60,000 nt of DNA from Lama guanicoe (Eukaryota): NCBI GenBank assembly GCA_013239625.1, contig MU053933.1, forward strand, positions 2,505,026 through 2,565,025. Direction: 5' to 3'. How positions within the stretch are numbered: the stretch's first letter is position 1; each line of letters opens with the position of its first letter. Shown here piece by piece: positions 38,855 through 51,031 of the stretch. The notes under the pieces were generated by a model that saw nothing but the letters and a program-made list of their open reading frames with translations, searched no databases and had not been told where the DNA came from. The translations under genes were made by a program, and so were the position numbers.

Positions 38855-39435
38855 GCCCGGCTTGGCGGGTGTGGGAACCACGAGGACGCACAGCACCGGC
38901 TCGGGGGCCTTTTTTTCGGGTCCATGTTCGGAGGTCTGTGCTAGGGGCTCCTACCAGCCAGGAAGACCTTGCTTGTGGTTCTAATGCTTTGTGGTGGCCA
39001 CCCTGAACATTCATAATTTTATTGCTGAACTTGCGTTGTGAAATGAAGCTGTGCGGGGCTTGGAGCCTGGACCTGCAGGTGGCCACACCTCCTGCCACCC
39101 CAGCCCCCTCCCAGTGACCCCGCACCCCTGCTCTGTCGGAGGCCCAGGCACAGGTGTGGGAAGGGGTGGAGACAGGCACACGTGCCCCAAATACGAAGCT
39201 GCCTGTGAGCGCCGTGTTTGTCCTGCAGTTTTCCCGTGCCTTGCACGGCATGGCATTCAACAGCAGATGAAAAGCACAGTGACTAGGAGAGAGACAGTGA
39301 GGAGGGGAGGAGGAGGGGAGGGGTACAGACAGAGAGACACAGACTCCGAAAGAAAAGAAAGCCTTTTCCCTGTGTTTTGAACAAGGGCCCCACATTTTCG
39401 TTGTTCCCTGGGCCCTGCAAATCACACAGCCCGCC
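38855..39435. mobile_element. hAT-Tip100 DNA transposon remnant (MER91-like)
   Basis: ttttgaacaagggccccacattttc...ctgggccctgcaaatcacacagcc and ttctaatgctttgtggtggccaccctgaacattcataat resemble MER91-family parts. Confidence 0.5.
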
Positions 39436-39619
39436 GGGCTCTCAAGCATCACACAGATGTGAGGCGTCCTGCCAGCGTTTACTCCTGGTGGCTTTCTGGG
39501 ACCCGAGCCACCTGTGTGTCCCTTTAGATCAGTCACAGGCACGGCGAGCACTGCCTGCAACACGGCATCTCAGCTCCGACCTGCACAATAAGGCAAGAAA
39601 AGGAATGAGAATCAATCTG

Positions 39620-39768
39620 TCGGGAGCTGTACTCGGTGCCTTGCAGTGGCCTGTAATGAAAAAGAGTATGAAAGCGAATATGTGTAAGGATACGTACGAC
39701 GGAAACCCTGTGCTGCACACCAGGAACTGACACACTGTGGCTGACTGTACTTCAACCAAAAAAATAAA
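39620..39768 (+). mobile_element. Short L1 3' tail, same family as 38071-38780
   Basis: Homologous in reverse complement to 38085-38220; ends in an A-rich tail. Confidence 0.75.
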
Positions 39769-39769
39769 G

Positions 39770-40360
39770 ACTTCATCTGTGTCTCCTTCTAGGAATATGA
39801 CTTAGATGGAGGTGCAGGAAATCCTAAAGAACCTTGAAACTACCTGAATCAGCTAGTGAGCCCAGCAAGGCCAGAGGACATCAAGGAACACAGTAAATCA
39901 GGTGCATTTCTGTACGACAAGAACGAACAGGAAAATCAGAATTAAATGGCATTTACAGCAGCAACAAACCACAAAATACTCAGGAATGAACTTAAGAGAA
40001 AGATGTGTGGGGCCTCTATGCTGAAAACCCTCAGACGCTGCCAGAGAAAGGGAAGCAGCTGGATGAGCAGAGCCCGAGTCGTGAGCGTGGCTCAAAGACG
40101 CAGCACCCACGTGCACGCTACCCGGAAGGACCTAAGGAGCAGCATCAGCCGCACCGAATCCCTGCCGGCTTCTTGGTAGAAATGGATGAGCTAGTTAGTC
40201 CTCTAGGTGCAACGGACTTTGAGCAGCCCCAGCAGTCCCGACGGGGCCTGAGGGGTGGACCACGGCGGCATCTATGGCAAAGCTGCAGGAATCCAGGCAA
40301 CTGGTGGCGGTGACAACACACAGATCAGTGGACCAGAATCTAGTCTAGAAACAGACCTGC
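39770..40360 (+). mobile_element. Old L1 ORF2 fragment
   Basis: L1-like gaaatcctaaagaa, aaatactcaggaatgaacttaag and cttcttggtagaaatggatgagcta. Confidence 0.65.
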
Positions 40361-41068
40361 TAGGGCCACCAATGGAGAAATGGCTTGACTTGAAAGGGAC
40401 TTTCTTGGAGGAGAGTTGCTCTAACGCGATCGCTGAGGTCCTTAACCGCCTGCGAACTCTCAGGGCAGCGGGTTAACCCCTGGGGCTCGGCGGGACCCCC
40501 CCCAGCCATGCCTGAGAGGCAGAGGGGCTAGCTGTTCCGGTGCACTTGCTGCAGGCTCTTCTGTTGGGGAGTGGGAGGAACCTAGAATCACTGCTGCTTA
40601 AGCAAATGTGTTAACAAGTTTCTGTTACTTTCTGGAGATGGCGAACAGTTAAGCTGAAATCCTCCTGCCAGTTAACCGGCTGTGATGGATGCTGGCAGGC
40701 TGGTGGGAGTGAGGCAAGCTGGGAACCGTCTCTTCACACTTACCCATGTTGGGGGCTGGGGGCTTCCGGAAATAGACAGTGAAATGCTCCGGTTCCTTTT
40801 ACAACAGGAGCTCCTCGGCCCACCACACACAGCATCAGGGCAGGGCAGTGAGAGGCCAGACTGCCCCTCTCCCTCCCCTCCTTCCCTGCCCCCTCTCCCT
40901 GTCCCCTACCGCTCCCCTCTCCCGCTCCTAGGGAGCAGGCCTGGAACCCGAGGCCTGGAATCCCCACGGAGAGGCTTCCCTGAGTCCACAGTTGCAGAAT
41001 GGTGGGCATGGCTGATGCCCCCTCCAAATCCACCTACTGGAGTGTGTGTTGAAAACCAAAGCATTAAT

Positions 41069-41215
41069 GAGGGGAGGCAGCTCAGAGATAGAGCACACGC
41101 TTAGCATGCACGAGGTCCTGGGTTCAATCCCCAGTATGTCCATTAAAAAAATAAAATAAGTGAACAAACCTAATTACCGCCCCCACCTACAAAAAAAGGA
41201 AAAACCCAAATAAAC
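41069..41215 (+). mobile_element. tRNA-Ala-derived camelid SINE (Vic-1 type)
   Basis: gcagctcagagatagagcacacgcttagcatgcacgaggtcctgggttcaatccccag...aaacctaattacc plus A-tail; approximate TSD ccaaagcat. Confidence 0.9.
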
Positions 41216-43922
41216 CCCAAAGCATCAGAAACTGAACTACAGCAGAGTCAGGGCTCAGGAGATCCTCTCCCCTCACGGTGCACACAGCCAGCTCCAGCCC
41301 CGGGAGCCGGGCGGGGCCGCGGAGCACCCATCCAGACTGAAAGCATTTATTTAGGAGCAACGGCCATCGTCAAGACAGTTAAGGAAAAAAAAATGTGTTT
41401 TTCCACTTTAGGAAATAGTCAAAGCTTTTTTCTATTCCACCAAAAATAGAAGTGGAATTCTAGAAAGTAAAAATAGGTGGGCTTCTCCATGTATGCGATT
41501 CAGACGGATCTGCACGGACTCCGATGCGCTCATCTTTCTGGAATGTGTGCCTGCGTCTCCCCGAGGCTGGGGACTGGCAGGAGCAGCCTGGGACCTGCCC
41601 TGGGGCTGCAGCAGCTGGGCCACCCTGGGCCCTCTCCAGGCCCTCGATTCTCCCCTACCCGGACCCCTGCTCTGACGGCCTGGTCGGGGCCACGTGGGGC
41701 CTCAGGGGCCCTCACCACTGTCGGGCCTGCATTACTGACCTGGAACAGAGTCACAGGTCCCCTTGGTGGCTGGCAATAGACAGGTAGCAACATCTTCCCC
41801 CCTTGGGACCCTAGTGGATTTAAGATGCTTAGCACCGCATCCCTGTGGGGGGGTCCCTGTGCAGGGAATCCCTGTGGGGGGAGGCGGGTGTTTGCACACA
41901 CCCCCCAACCCCGCAGGCAGAAGCAACGACTTATGTCCGAGCGTGTGCTTTATGGAATGTTTTGTATGTTTGGATTACATTTTGTTTCTACATACTTGGT
42001 TATAACGTACCGTCTCCTACCTGCTTTGGCGACTGTGATTTAGGAGATCCTCTCTGAGGAGGACGGTGAGGCCCAGAGAGGCCAGCAGCTTGCTCACGGA
42101 GTGACCATCCTCCACTGGGCTTGGCTGTCTCAGGCTCTTGATAGAAAGAGAGGCCAGAGAGCATCCTCCACCTCCAGGCCCAGTCCAGGCAGGCAGGGCA
42201 GGCAGGGCGGGCAGGGCCAGCTGGAGGCTGGGAGGCCCGAGCTTCCCCACACGCTCCACTTCTGCTTCAGCGCCTGCAGTGAGACTGGGGGTGAGGGGCA
42301 GAGCACAGGGGCTCCTGGAAGGATGCTGGGCATTGCGGGAAGCCCGGGAAGTTCTGGGCACACCTGCTGCAGATGCATAGGGAGCAGGAGGTGCCAGGCC
42401 CGCAGGAGGTGCCAGGCCCTCAGGCAGTTGTCAGGCGACATCTCTCTGGGGGCTCTGCCCTCGGAAGTCACGCTTCCATCTGGGCAGGGTCCTTGACAGG
42501 TCCAGCCCGAGCCAGCAAACAACACATCCTCAGTGACACTCGGCCCTCCAATGGTTTCCACTGAAATGGGGCTCTGGGCCTGGCTGTGGGGTCTGGCCTG
42601 GGGGCCCAGGGTGTGCACCTGTGAGATGCAGCCCAGGTGACTGTGAGATGGCCAGTCGGGAGGCCATACCTGAAGGAAAGCTTACCTAACTCACCCAATC
42701 ATAACCTTCACGTTGAAATGTGCAGAGCTGCCCCCTTCCACCCATCCGGCCTGCAGGCTGAATGCCACCAAGTCGTAGGAACAATCAGGGGACAAGATGC
42801 ACCCAGCTCATCACAACAAAAGGGCAAGACAGAGACTCCCCAAAGAGAAAACACAGATGCCCAGGGCAGCTGGGAGGAGCGGGTTCTGGAGCTTAGGAGA
42901 GAGCGGGGCTTCTCCGGGGAGGCAGAGGGGAGGAAGCGCGCTGTGTGTAGGAACATCCCCCCACCCCCCAGCTCTGGCATTCTCAGATCCACCGGCTTAC
43001 AGATTTAAGTTGCTTTTTGATTACGTTTGTGTGTGAGACCAGAATTTTTTCCAAAGGCAACATCATGCCAAGGCAAGCAACCCGCTCAAGTGCCGCCTCC
43101 ATCTCAGCCGTCCCCTGCAGGGCTGTGGAGATCAGGTTTGGCAAGACCGGAGCCTGACTCTTGCCCAAAGGAGAAGAAATAGAAAAATCTGAACAGTCCT
43201 ATGTCCAGTAAAGAAAAGGAATCCGTAACTATAAACTATCTCGCAAAACTGCCTCCGGGCTCGGAGGGCTTCTGAAGTCAACGACGGTTAAGGAAGAGTG
43301 AGCACCGGCCTTATGTCAGACTCTTCCAGCGAGGAGCCAAACAGGACACACGTCTTAGCTCATGGCATGGAGTCCAGCGTCCACTTTAATGTCCCGATAA
43401 GGGCATTTCAAGAAAGAAAAATTGTAGCCTATCTCACTCATAAACATAGACACAAATGTCCTAATTGGCATATTATTACTGAACAAAATCTAGAAATACA
43501 TGAAAAGGACAAACACACTGTGACCAATGGGGCTGATTCCAGAAACACAAGATCAGCTGAACATTTGAACTTCAATCAACTTAGTTCATGTCAACCAAAC
43601 GAATCAGGAAAGTCACGCTGTCACCTCAGCAGGCGCAGAGAAAGCATCAGATAAAACTCAACATGCACACACAAAATTCAGCTCTTAGCAGAGCAGGGAC
43701 AGAGGGAATTTCCTTAATCAGACAGACAGCATCTGTATAAACAACGTCCCTACAACAAATGTCGCACTCACTGGTGCAAAGCAGAGTGTTTTTCCTCTGA
43801 GGTCAGGAATAAGATAAGGATGTTCATTACTGGCACTTGTAAGCAGCACCAGAAGTGAAGCAAGCCAAGAAACAGAAGCAATGAAGGAAAAATGTTTGGA
43901 AAGGAAGAAATTAAAAAGTCAG

Positions 43923-44089
43923 TGGGGGAGGATATAGCTCAGCGGCAGAGTGCATGCCCAGCATGCACAGAGTCCTGGGTTCAGTCCCCACGCCTCCGTT
44001 ACATACATAAATAGACAAACCTAATTACTACCCCCTCCAAAGAGAAAAACAAGAAAAATTTGCCTTAAAAAATAAAATAAAAATAAGAA
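43923..44089 (+). mobile_element. tRNA-Ala-derived camelid SINE (Vic-1 type)
   Basis: ggggaggatatagctcagcggcagagtgcatgcccagcatgcac...; perfect TSD taaaaagtcag at 43912-43922 and 44090-44100. Confidence 0.92.
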
Positions 44090-44429
44090 TAAAAAGTCAG
44101 CATTCATTCACGGACAAAATTATTGTACGTGTAGGAAACCCAACAGAACCTACAGATAACTTCTTTTTTGAGATATAGTCAGTTTAAAATGTTGTGTCAG
44201 ATAACTCTTAAAACTAAGTGAATCTGGAAAGATGGCTGAATACAAGGTCTATATACAAGGATCACCTGTATTCTATGCAAACCAGAAACCAGTGGTTACA
44301 CAATAAAAATAAAGAGCACTTAGAAATAAATGTCACCCAAAGTAGTAACCCTAACAAAGTGTGTGGAGACAGCTGCACAGAAGACCCTCGGATGATACGG
44401 GCCACTGAGGATCCTTAAACAAAAGGGAG

Positions 44430-44935
44430 GACAGGACAGTATGGAGGTTCCTCAAAAACTAAAACTAGACTCACCGTATGACCCAGCCATCCCACCCACT
44501 GCCGGCATATGTCCAGAGAAACTATAGTTTGAAAAGACACCTGCACCCCGGTGCTCACAGTAGCACTGCATACAACAGCCAGACACGGAAGCATCCACAT
44601 GTCCATCGACAGATGATGGGGTAAAGAAGGTGTGATACATATATACAGGAATGCATATATAATTATAATATATGTAGGAATACTACTCAGCCATAAAAAA
44701 GAATAAAATAACGCCGTTTGCAGCAACATGGAGATCGTCATTTCAAGCGAAGTAAGCCAGAAAGAGAAAGAAAAATACCGTATGATATCACTTATATGTG
44801 GAATCTTAAAAAAAAAAGAGGCACAAATGAGCTTATTTACAAAACAGAAACAGACTCACAGACGTAGAGACAAACTTATGATTACCAAAGGTAAAGGGGG
44901 TGGGAAGGGATAAATCAGGAGCCTGAAATTTGCAC
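44430..44935 (+). mobile_element. Younger L1 3' fragment nested in the older L1
   Basis: tatggaggttcctcaaaaactaaaactagac...tactactcagccataaaaaagaat...gatatcacttatatgtggaatc. Confidence 0.85.
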
Positions 44936-46922
44936 CTCTTGGGGAGGGATGAAAATGTTAGCTATCTTGATTGTGGTAGTGGTTTCATGGGTGTGGACAT
45001 CTATCAAAATTCATCAATTTGTTACATCTGAAATATGTGTAGTTAATGTGCAGGAACTATATATAGCACAATAAAGTTGTTTTAAAAATGTAGGAATAAA
45101 CATTAGTGGAGCTCTCAATGCTTAAGAGTATTCAGTCTCATCAAACTGATCTATAGCTTCAGTGCAATTCTAATAATTCTGGCAGGATTTGGGGGGAAAT
45201 TGAAAAGTCAAACGGAAGTATAAAATAACAAGTATAGCCAGGAAATTCTGAAGAAGGACACAGCTGGAAGATGACTCTACCAGGTCACGAGACTGATAAA
45301 GCTTCAGTGTGAAGACGGCGAGTGTTGGTGTGAGGACAGGAGCAGCACCTGACGAGAGTGAGTCCCATTAAAAACAGCAGCTCAGGGCCACCTGGGCACT
45401 GGCCGTGTGGCAGAGTTGTGCTGAAGAGCAGGAGGGAGAACGGCAATCTTTTCCCTGAGTAGCGCTGGGGCAACTGGATACAAAGAACAATGGATTGAGG
45501 GTGGACCCCTGCCTCCACCATACAGAAGAGACAGTCCCAGCCAGAACGTTGCTCTAAAGATGAGCATCAGAGCGATGAGCCTTGCAGAGGATCACAGAAG
45601 CAATCTGCATGACCGGGGAAGTCAGGGTTTCCTAAACAGGGCACAGAAAGCGCCATCCACAGGAAAAAGCTCGATTAACTAAGTCACATTGAAATGAAGA
45701 ACTCCTGTTTGTTAAAGGACCCTGTGAAGTTTCTGGAAAGGCCAGTCGCTGAGTGTGAGAAATGATGGAGGACACACAAGCAACAGAAGAGTCTGTGTCC
45801 AGAAGACACGAAGATAAGAAAACACCTGAGCGGCTTCTTCAGCAAAAGGACAAGCACCGGGAATTATCACAGAGCTGCTCAGCCTCATCAGCCACTGGTC
45901 AGACCCGCACACCCTCCAGAACGGCCCAGACCGAAAGGACCGCCACCCTGAGTGCCCGGGAGGACGAGGAGCAGTCAGAGCCGTCACATGTTCTGGCGGG
46001 AGTGGAAGAGGGTTCGGCACTTTGGAAAATTGGCATTCCCTACTGAAGTGGGACATGCACGTCGCCAGTGATGTGGCCCATGCCCAGCAGAGACACGTAC
46101 ACGCATGTGCAGAAAGGCATGTTTGAGAATGTTCACTGAAGCATTATTCATACAGCAAAAAGTGGGCACAACCCAGATCTCCATCGACAGCAGAATGAAT
46201 AAATCTGTTGTGGAATGCTAACACTCTGGACTACGATACAGTGATGCAAATGCATTCATGAGAGCGGCTCAGACCCAGCAGGGAGGCTGTCAAGCAAAAG
46301 CAGCAGGACCCCAGAAGGCATGTGCTGCAGGGTTCCACCTGCGCAGAGTGAAAGGCAGGTGCAACCATTCCATGCTGCTCCAAGTCGGAGCAGAGGTCCC
46401 CTGTGGGAGTTGGGAGGGCGCACAGGCAAGAGGCAGGAAGGGGACTCTGGTGGGGGGAGCCAGGTTCTGTTTCTTACCCGGGGGGGGGGGGTTCACGGTG
46501 CGCTCACTTTGAGTTAATTCATCAAGCTGCACACTTACACTGTGGGTACTTTTCTGTTCGTATGTCCTCCCTCAACAGAAACGCTTAGAAATACACCTGA
46601 GGTGATCCTTCCATGGCCCGGTTCACAGGGACCAGACTCCCAAGTTACCCATATACAGTCAGCTGGAGCCCCTAGAATTCAAGTTTCAAACTGTAAACTG
46701 CAAGCTCTGACCACGTGGTCGTTAAGTCCCCCAGAGAGAAGGCGTTCAAGAACCACAAGAGCCACCTCATTTGTCATTATCCAAACTTCCATCAGGCACA
46801 CGTTCAGCCTCCAGCGCTTTCTAGAAAAGCCCCTGGAGGGGAGGGAGGGAGCAGGGGTCCCTCCCCCGGCCCCCTTCCGCCTCCCCACCGCTGCCCAGCT
46901 TCAGTTCCTAATTGCCTTTCAG

Positions 46923-47096
46923 CTTCTCAAGAAAGACTACTAACATAGTAATTAAGAGATAATGCAGCAAGAAAGCCAAGAAAAGAAAAGCTCCTTTTCC
47001 TGGTTCCAGTCCATGATCTTAGAATAGTATGTACCAGGAGCCATACTGTTTTTGCATCTGATTTATACAAAAATCATTCAAAAGAAGTGGGTGCAG
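46923..47096 (+). pseudogene. Candidate decayed exon (...SSFSWFQSMILE*YVPGAILFLHLIYTKIIQKKWVQ)
   Basis: Branch-point-like ctaat and acceptor gcctttcag|, donor CAG|gtgcta; 174 nt, phase 0-0; three in-frame stops; carries the YVPG motif. Confidence 0.45.
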
Positions 47097-47797
47097 GTGC
47101 TAATTTTGTTTGATTTATGTATTTATTTGCACCATCTTATCCCACAAAGAATTCGAGGCGTTTGGCAATACTAATCCCCAACATTTACAGTCCTTTAGCG
47201 TTTACTAAGTAGTTTGTGTAGCTAATCCTCACAACCATGTGTTATTACCTCCGTCTCACACTGAGAACCTGCGCTCTCACTAACCGCTCCCACACGCCGT
47301 CCCGTGGATCCTCGCGTGACCCCCAGCTTTCGTGGAGAGCGTCTCACGTTTGCCACCATTTTGATGCCACAAATCCTGCTGCAGCACGGCTCCTGGGAAA
47401 CAGGTGCACGCTTCCTCAGGGTGTGTGCTTAGGAGAGGGGCTGCAGGTTCTCAGGGGATGCACGTCTCTTTGTATGAAAATTCCAAATTGTTTTCCAGAC
47501 AACAGAGTGGCTCATCACGCTGTTCCTGTGCACTGCTGAGTTCTTGCGCCAACTACAGCTTTATCCATCTTGACACCTGGTGGGGGACTTCTCCCTGCCT
47601 GATTCTTCTGTCTTCCCCACCCCTCTTCTTCTCTTAAAATGTACACTTTAAAATATTCTTCATATGCTATTTGATTTACCAAAAGATTGTGTGTAGCACA
47701 TACGAAGTTACAAAATATGATATATGACCTTCCACTCACCACGCTGCCCAAGACTGCGCCATTTCCAGTGTTGCTGAAAAACGTATTACAGCTCAGT

Positions 47798-48333
47798 TGT
47801 GACAGCAACCTGGATCCGGGCGAGAGACCAGGCAGCACTCAGAGAGTTGGAGAAAACTCAGGTTTATTACGCCAACAGGCCCAGCAGAGTTAACACTCCA
47901 AGCTCTGGACCCTGTCTGTAGGTTTACACAGGCCTTTATAGGCTGCCAGTTTTACGCTTTGTAATATCATATGCAAATAAAGTATAACAGAAGTTGACCA
48001 ACTAGGAACAAGCTTTGTAGAAATGGACCAATCAGGAGTGAGAAAAATAACCAATCAAGAGTGAGGGGACTGGGCCAATCAGGAGTGAGCTCCATGCAAA
48101 TGAAGTACTACAAATGGACCAATCAGAAGTGAGAGTAATAACCAATCAGGAGTGAAGGAAATAACCAATCAGAAGTGAGCTCAGGGAACCAATAGAATTT
48201 TAGGGGTAAGTAAACCGTTTCAGAAGCAAAAAGTGAGATAGAGCGTCTGGGCCAGGGAACGGATAGTGCTGTCAGGAGAGTAGTGGCCCCGCCTGCGGGT
48301 CCTGCTGGTCTTTTTATGGGGCTTCCCGCCTCA
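47798..48333 (-). mobile_element. Young ERV solo LTR
   Basis: TG...CA termini, near-perfect 5-bp TSD tcagt/ccagt, minus-strand TATAAA (47935-47940) followed by AATAAA (47863-47868), CCAAT-repeat U3. Confidence 0.85.
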
Positions 48334-48999
48334 CCAGTAGCCTCCATCCACACGCCCTTCCCCTAACCTGCTCCCTGTCGTCTCCCTGCTGGAGGTGACC
48401 TCCGCCCAAACTCTGTGTACCTCTCCCCAGCTGGTCAGTGTATCACGTGTACCTGTGTGCGTGTGCACACGTTACTTACACACAGAGCTATATGCACACG
48501 TACACACATACAGTGCATGTGCGCACCTGCCCAAGCCCGTTTTCAGGCTTTATAGAATGGCGTGCTTTTCAGTCAACATTTAATCTCCAAGATGCCCCAG
48601 GTTGGGTGTTGTGTAGTTGGCTCCCTGGAAAGCTGTCTGGCCACTTCACCACGTGTGTACAGTGTGTGGATGAACCCAGTGCAGCTCGTCTCGCCCTGCA
48701 AAATGGGTGGTTGGATACTGTGAGCACGTCCTGGTGCCAGTGCCCTGACCATATGTGGAAGGATTCTTCCCCGGGAGCACTGAGGAGTGAGAACGCTGGC
48801 CGGTGGCTTTACTTGGACTCTTATCATTCCAACGATGTATCTTTTCTTCTTGAAACGCGGTCCTCTGCTGGGTCCTCCTGCCCCTCTGGGTTCTCAGCCC
48901 CCTCTGCCCTCCCCCACACCCCACGATAATGGTCGGAGCCCCTCAGGTCCGGCCCAGGCTCTCTCCTCTCTCCTCTCTCTTTGGGCGATTGCTTCCACT

Positions 49000-49400
49000 T
49001 CCAAGGCTCTCAGAGGCATGTCCCCAGCTCCGTTCTCGTCCCTGGATGCCAGTCTTTCGCTTTCCCTGCCTTCCACATACAGCCGCCAGAGCATCTGACA
49101 GGTGCTGCAAACTCAGCACAGCCCAGAGGACCTCCTGGCTCTCCTCGCGGCACTTCCCTTGGTCTTTCCCACCTCATTATAAAGCACCATCACCCTCCAA
49201 ACACACAAGCCGGAATCCCAGCTGTGAGCTGTAATCCTCCCCTACTCGCACCCCTCACCCAACCTCCCACCGAGTCTGCCCTCACCAGGAACACCAAGTG
49301 TACTTCCCAACACACCCCAGCTCTCTCCACTGCCACCGCTACCAGCTGACCTAAGCCATCAGCACGTCCCCCGGGTCCGCACATTAGCTGCAGTGCAGAC
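49000..49400 (+). mobile_element. LINE-2 fragment
   Basis: gcatctgacaggtgctgcaaactcagcacagccc... and ctctctccactgccaccgctacc resemble L2. Confidence 0.55.
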
Positions 49401-49533
49401 ACCCCGGGTGCCCCACATCACAAGTGGCACCCCGATGGGCAGTGGCATCTCTTCCCTCCCCCAGGCAGTCTGTGTACTTTGACGGAGCGGGTCTCGCTCC
49501 CAGCTTGAAGAGGAGGCCCTACTTGGCCTAAAC

Positions 49534-49700
49534 CTGGGGGTAGCAAGCTTTTTCTTTAAAGGGCCAAATGGTCACTATTTTAGGCTCTCAGGCCGCGTGT
49601 ATCTCTAACATGCACTCTTCTCCCTCGGGCGTTGTGAGTGTGCAACTCATTCTGGGCCTGCGGACGGTACAGAGCAGGCCGCAGGCCTCGTCTGCCCAGC
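49534..49700. mobile_element. hAT-Charlie MER58-like DNA transposon
   Basis: ggggtagcaagctttttctttaaagggccaaatggtcactattttaggct resembles the MER58 5' end. Confidence 0.65.
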
Positions 49701-50931
49701 TCTGGTCTGAGCACCCGGCACGTTCCGTGTTGCCGGTGGTTGAGGCAGGTAGAGACCCCACGGGGCCGGATCAGCACCCCCCCCCGGCCCCTGCCAATGG
49801 CGTGCTGACCCAGCATTCTCCCTTCTCCAAGTTCATGAGGAGCAGAAATGCTCCGTTGGCCTGGGCACCCTCACCACCAAGGCCTTGTCATCCTCAACGG
49901 TCCACTCAAAGCCACGGCTCCAGGGGAAGCTGGTCAGCCCTGAGCATGAGAGCCGCGGCTCCTGTCACCCCCACCCCTGCACTGCAGCTCAGCGCTCTCC
50001 ACCCTGGGCATCGCCTGCCTGGGAGGAGGGCCCAGAAGGATGGAGACCAGGCTCAGGGTGGGGGACCACGGACAGTCACATGCTCAGGATGGGGATCGCA
50101 GGCCTGCCCCTGCCCAACCCTGGCGCCTGGCTCCTCACACCAGGCTGCCTCCAGATAGCGGGAGCGCCACTGCCCCCCGCCCTATCTAACCTGCAGACTA
50201 GGAACAACTCGAGAGCGAGTTCATTGTGGTAAGCGTGTGCCGCCCTTGCACGTGACGCACTGCCCAAGGCACTGAAAGGCCAGCAGAACGTCCTCAGTTC
50301 CCAGCTCTGCTTGATGCCCTAGATTTCCACTTCAGCCTGGCTTCCCCGGCTGGTGTGCGTGGCCAGCGATGCAGACCTCCCTGGCTGCCTCTGGGTTTGA
50401 GCTGTTCGAGTCCAGGACCAGGGGAGGCTTAGGACTGAGTCAGTGCCAACCCCGGATCCCCAGTGAAACACACTGAGTCAGAACTCCTCCCCTGGTCCTG
50501 GGGTGGGGGTGGGAAGTGTGTACGTGTCTCGAGCACAGACACGGCCACTCCTGGCCCCTCTCGTGACTGAGGGGATTCACTCTGGGGCTGGGGACCCAGA
50601 GGAGGAAGTCTGTCATGAGCTGAGCAGACTCCAAGCAAGGTGTCCACGCCAGGAAGACCTGACTCAAGGTTTAGTAGCATTTGATCTTTGTCACTCCAGT
50701 CTCATGATTTTGGTTTTTGTTTTTTTAATTTAAGGCAAAAAAAAATCTGTCTCAGATAAATGTATCACAGTATATTGTTTACCACTCATTAGCAGTTCTA
50801 GCTACCTGACTTTTTTAAAAGCCAAGAAATCAATAACCTACTTTCAGACTATGATCTAAAGTCCCAGTGAGTGTCCCTTCTCCAAGACTGGGCAGAATTC
50901 AGTAAAACAAGGCAAAGCACATTTTTTTCAG

Positions 50932-51031
50932 ATACGTTCCTGGTTGTTCACAGGGACTAAAGTGAAAGGGGCTTCAAAAGAACATGAAAAAGGTTATCCC
51001 TGACATTGAACAACTGAAATCCACAGTCAAG
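50932..51031 (+). pseudogene. Candidate decayed exon (R)YVPGCSQGLK*KGLQKNMKKVIPDIEQLKSTVK
   Basis: Acceptor atttttttcag|, donor AAG|gtgcat; one TGA; 5' end paralogous to the exon at 30671. Confidence 0.45.

Larger units (their letters stand above)
43170..46590 (+). mobile_element. Fragmented old LINE-1 (ORF2 to 3' UTR) with nested younger insertions
   Basis: L1 motifs gaaatagaaaaatctgaacagtcct, ctgaggtcaggaataagataagga and cttcagtgcaattctaat; 3' ends at ~45090 and ~46590. Confidence 0.8.

Noticed and set aside
35660..44089. Three tRNA-Ala-like sequences as tRNA genes
   Set aside because: They have diverged stems, A-rich tails and TSDs, so they are SINEs.
48021..48193. Regularly spaced short repeats resembling a CRISPR array
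   Set aside because: Mammalian DNA; the units are tandem CCAAT enhancer repeats inside an LTR, with no unique spacers or cas genes.
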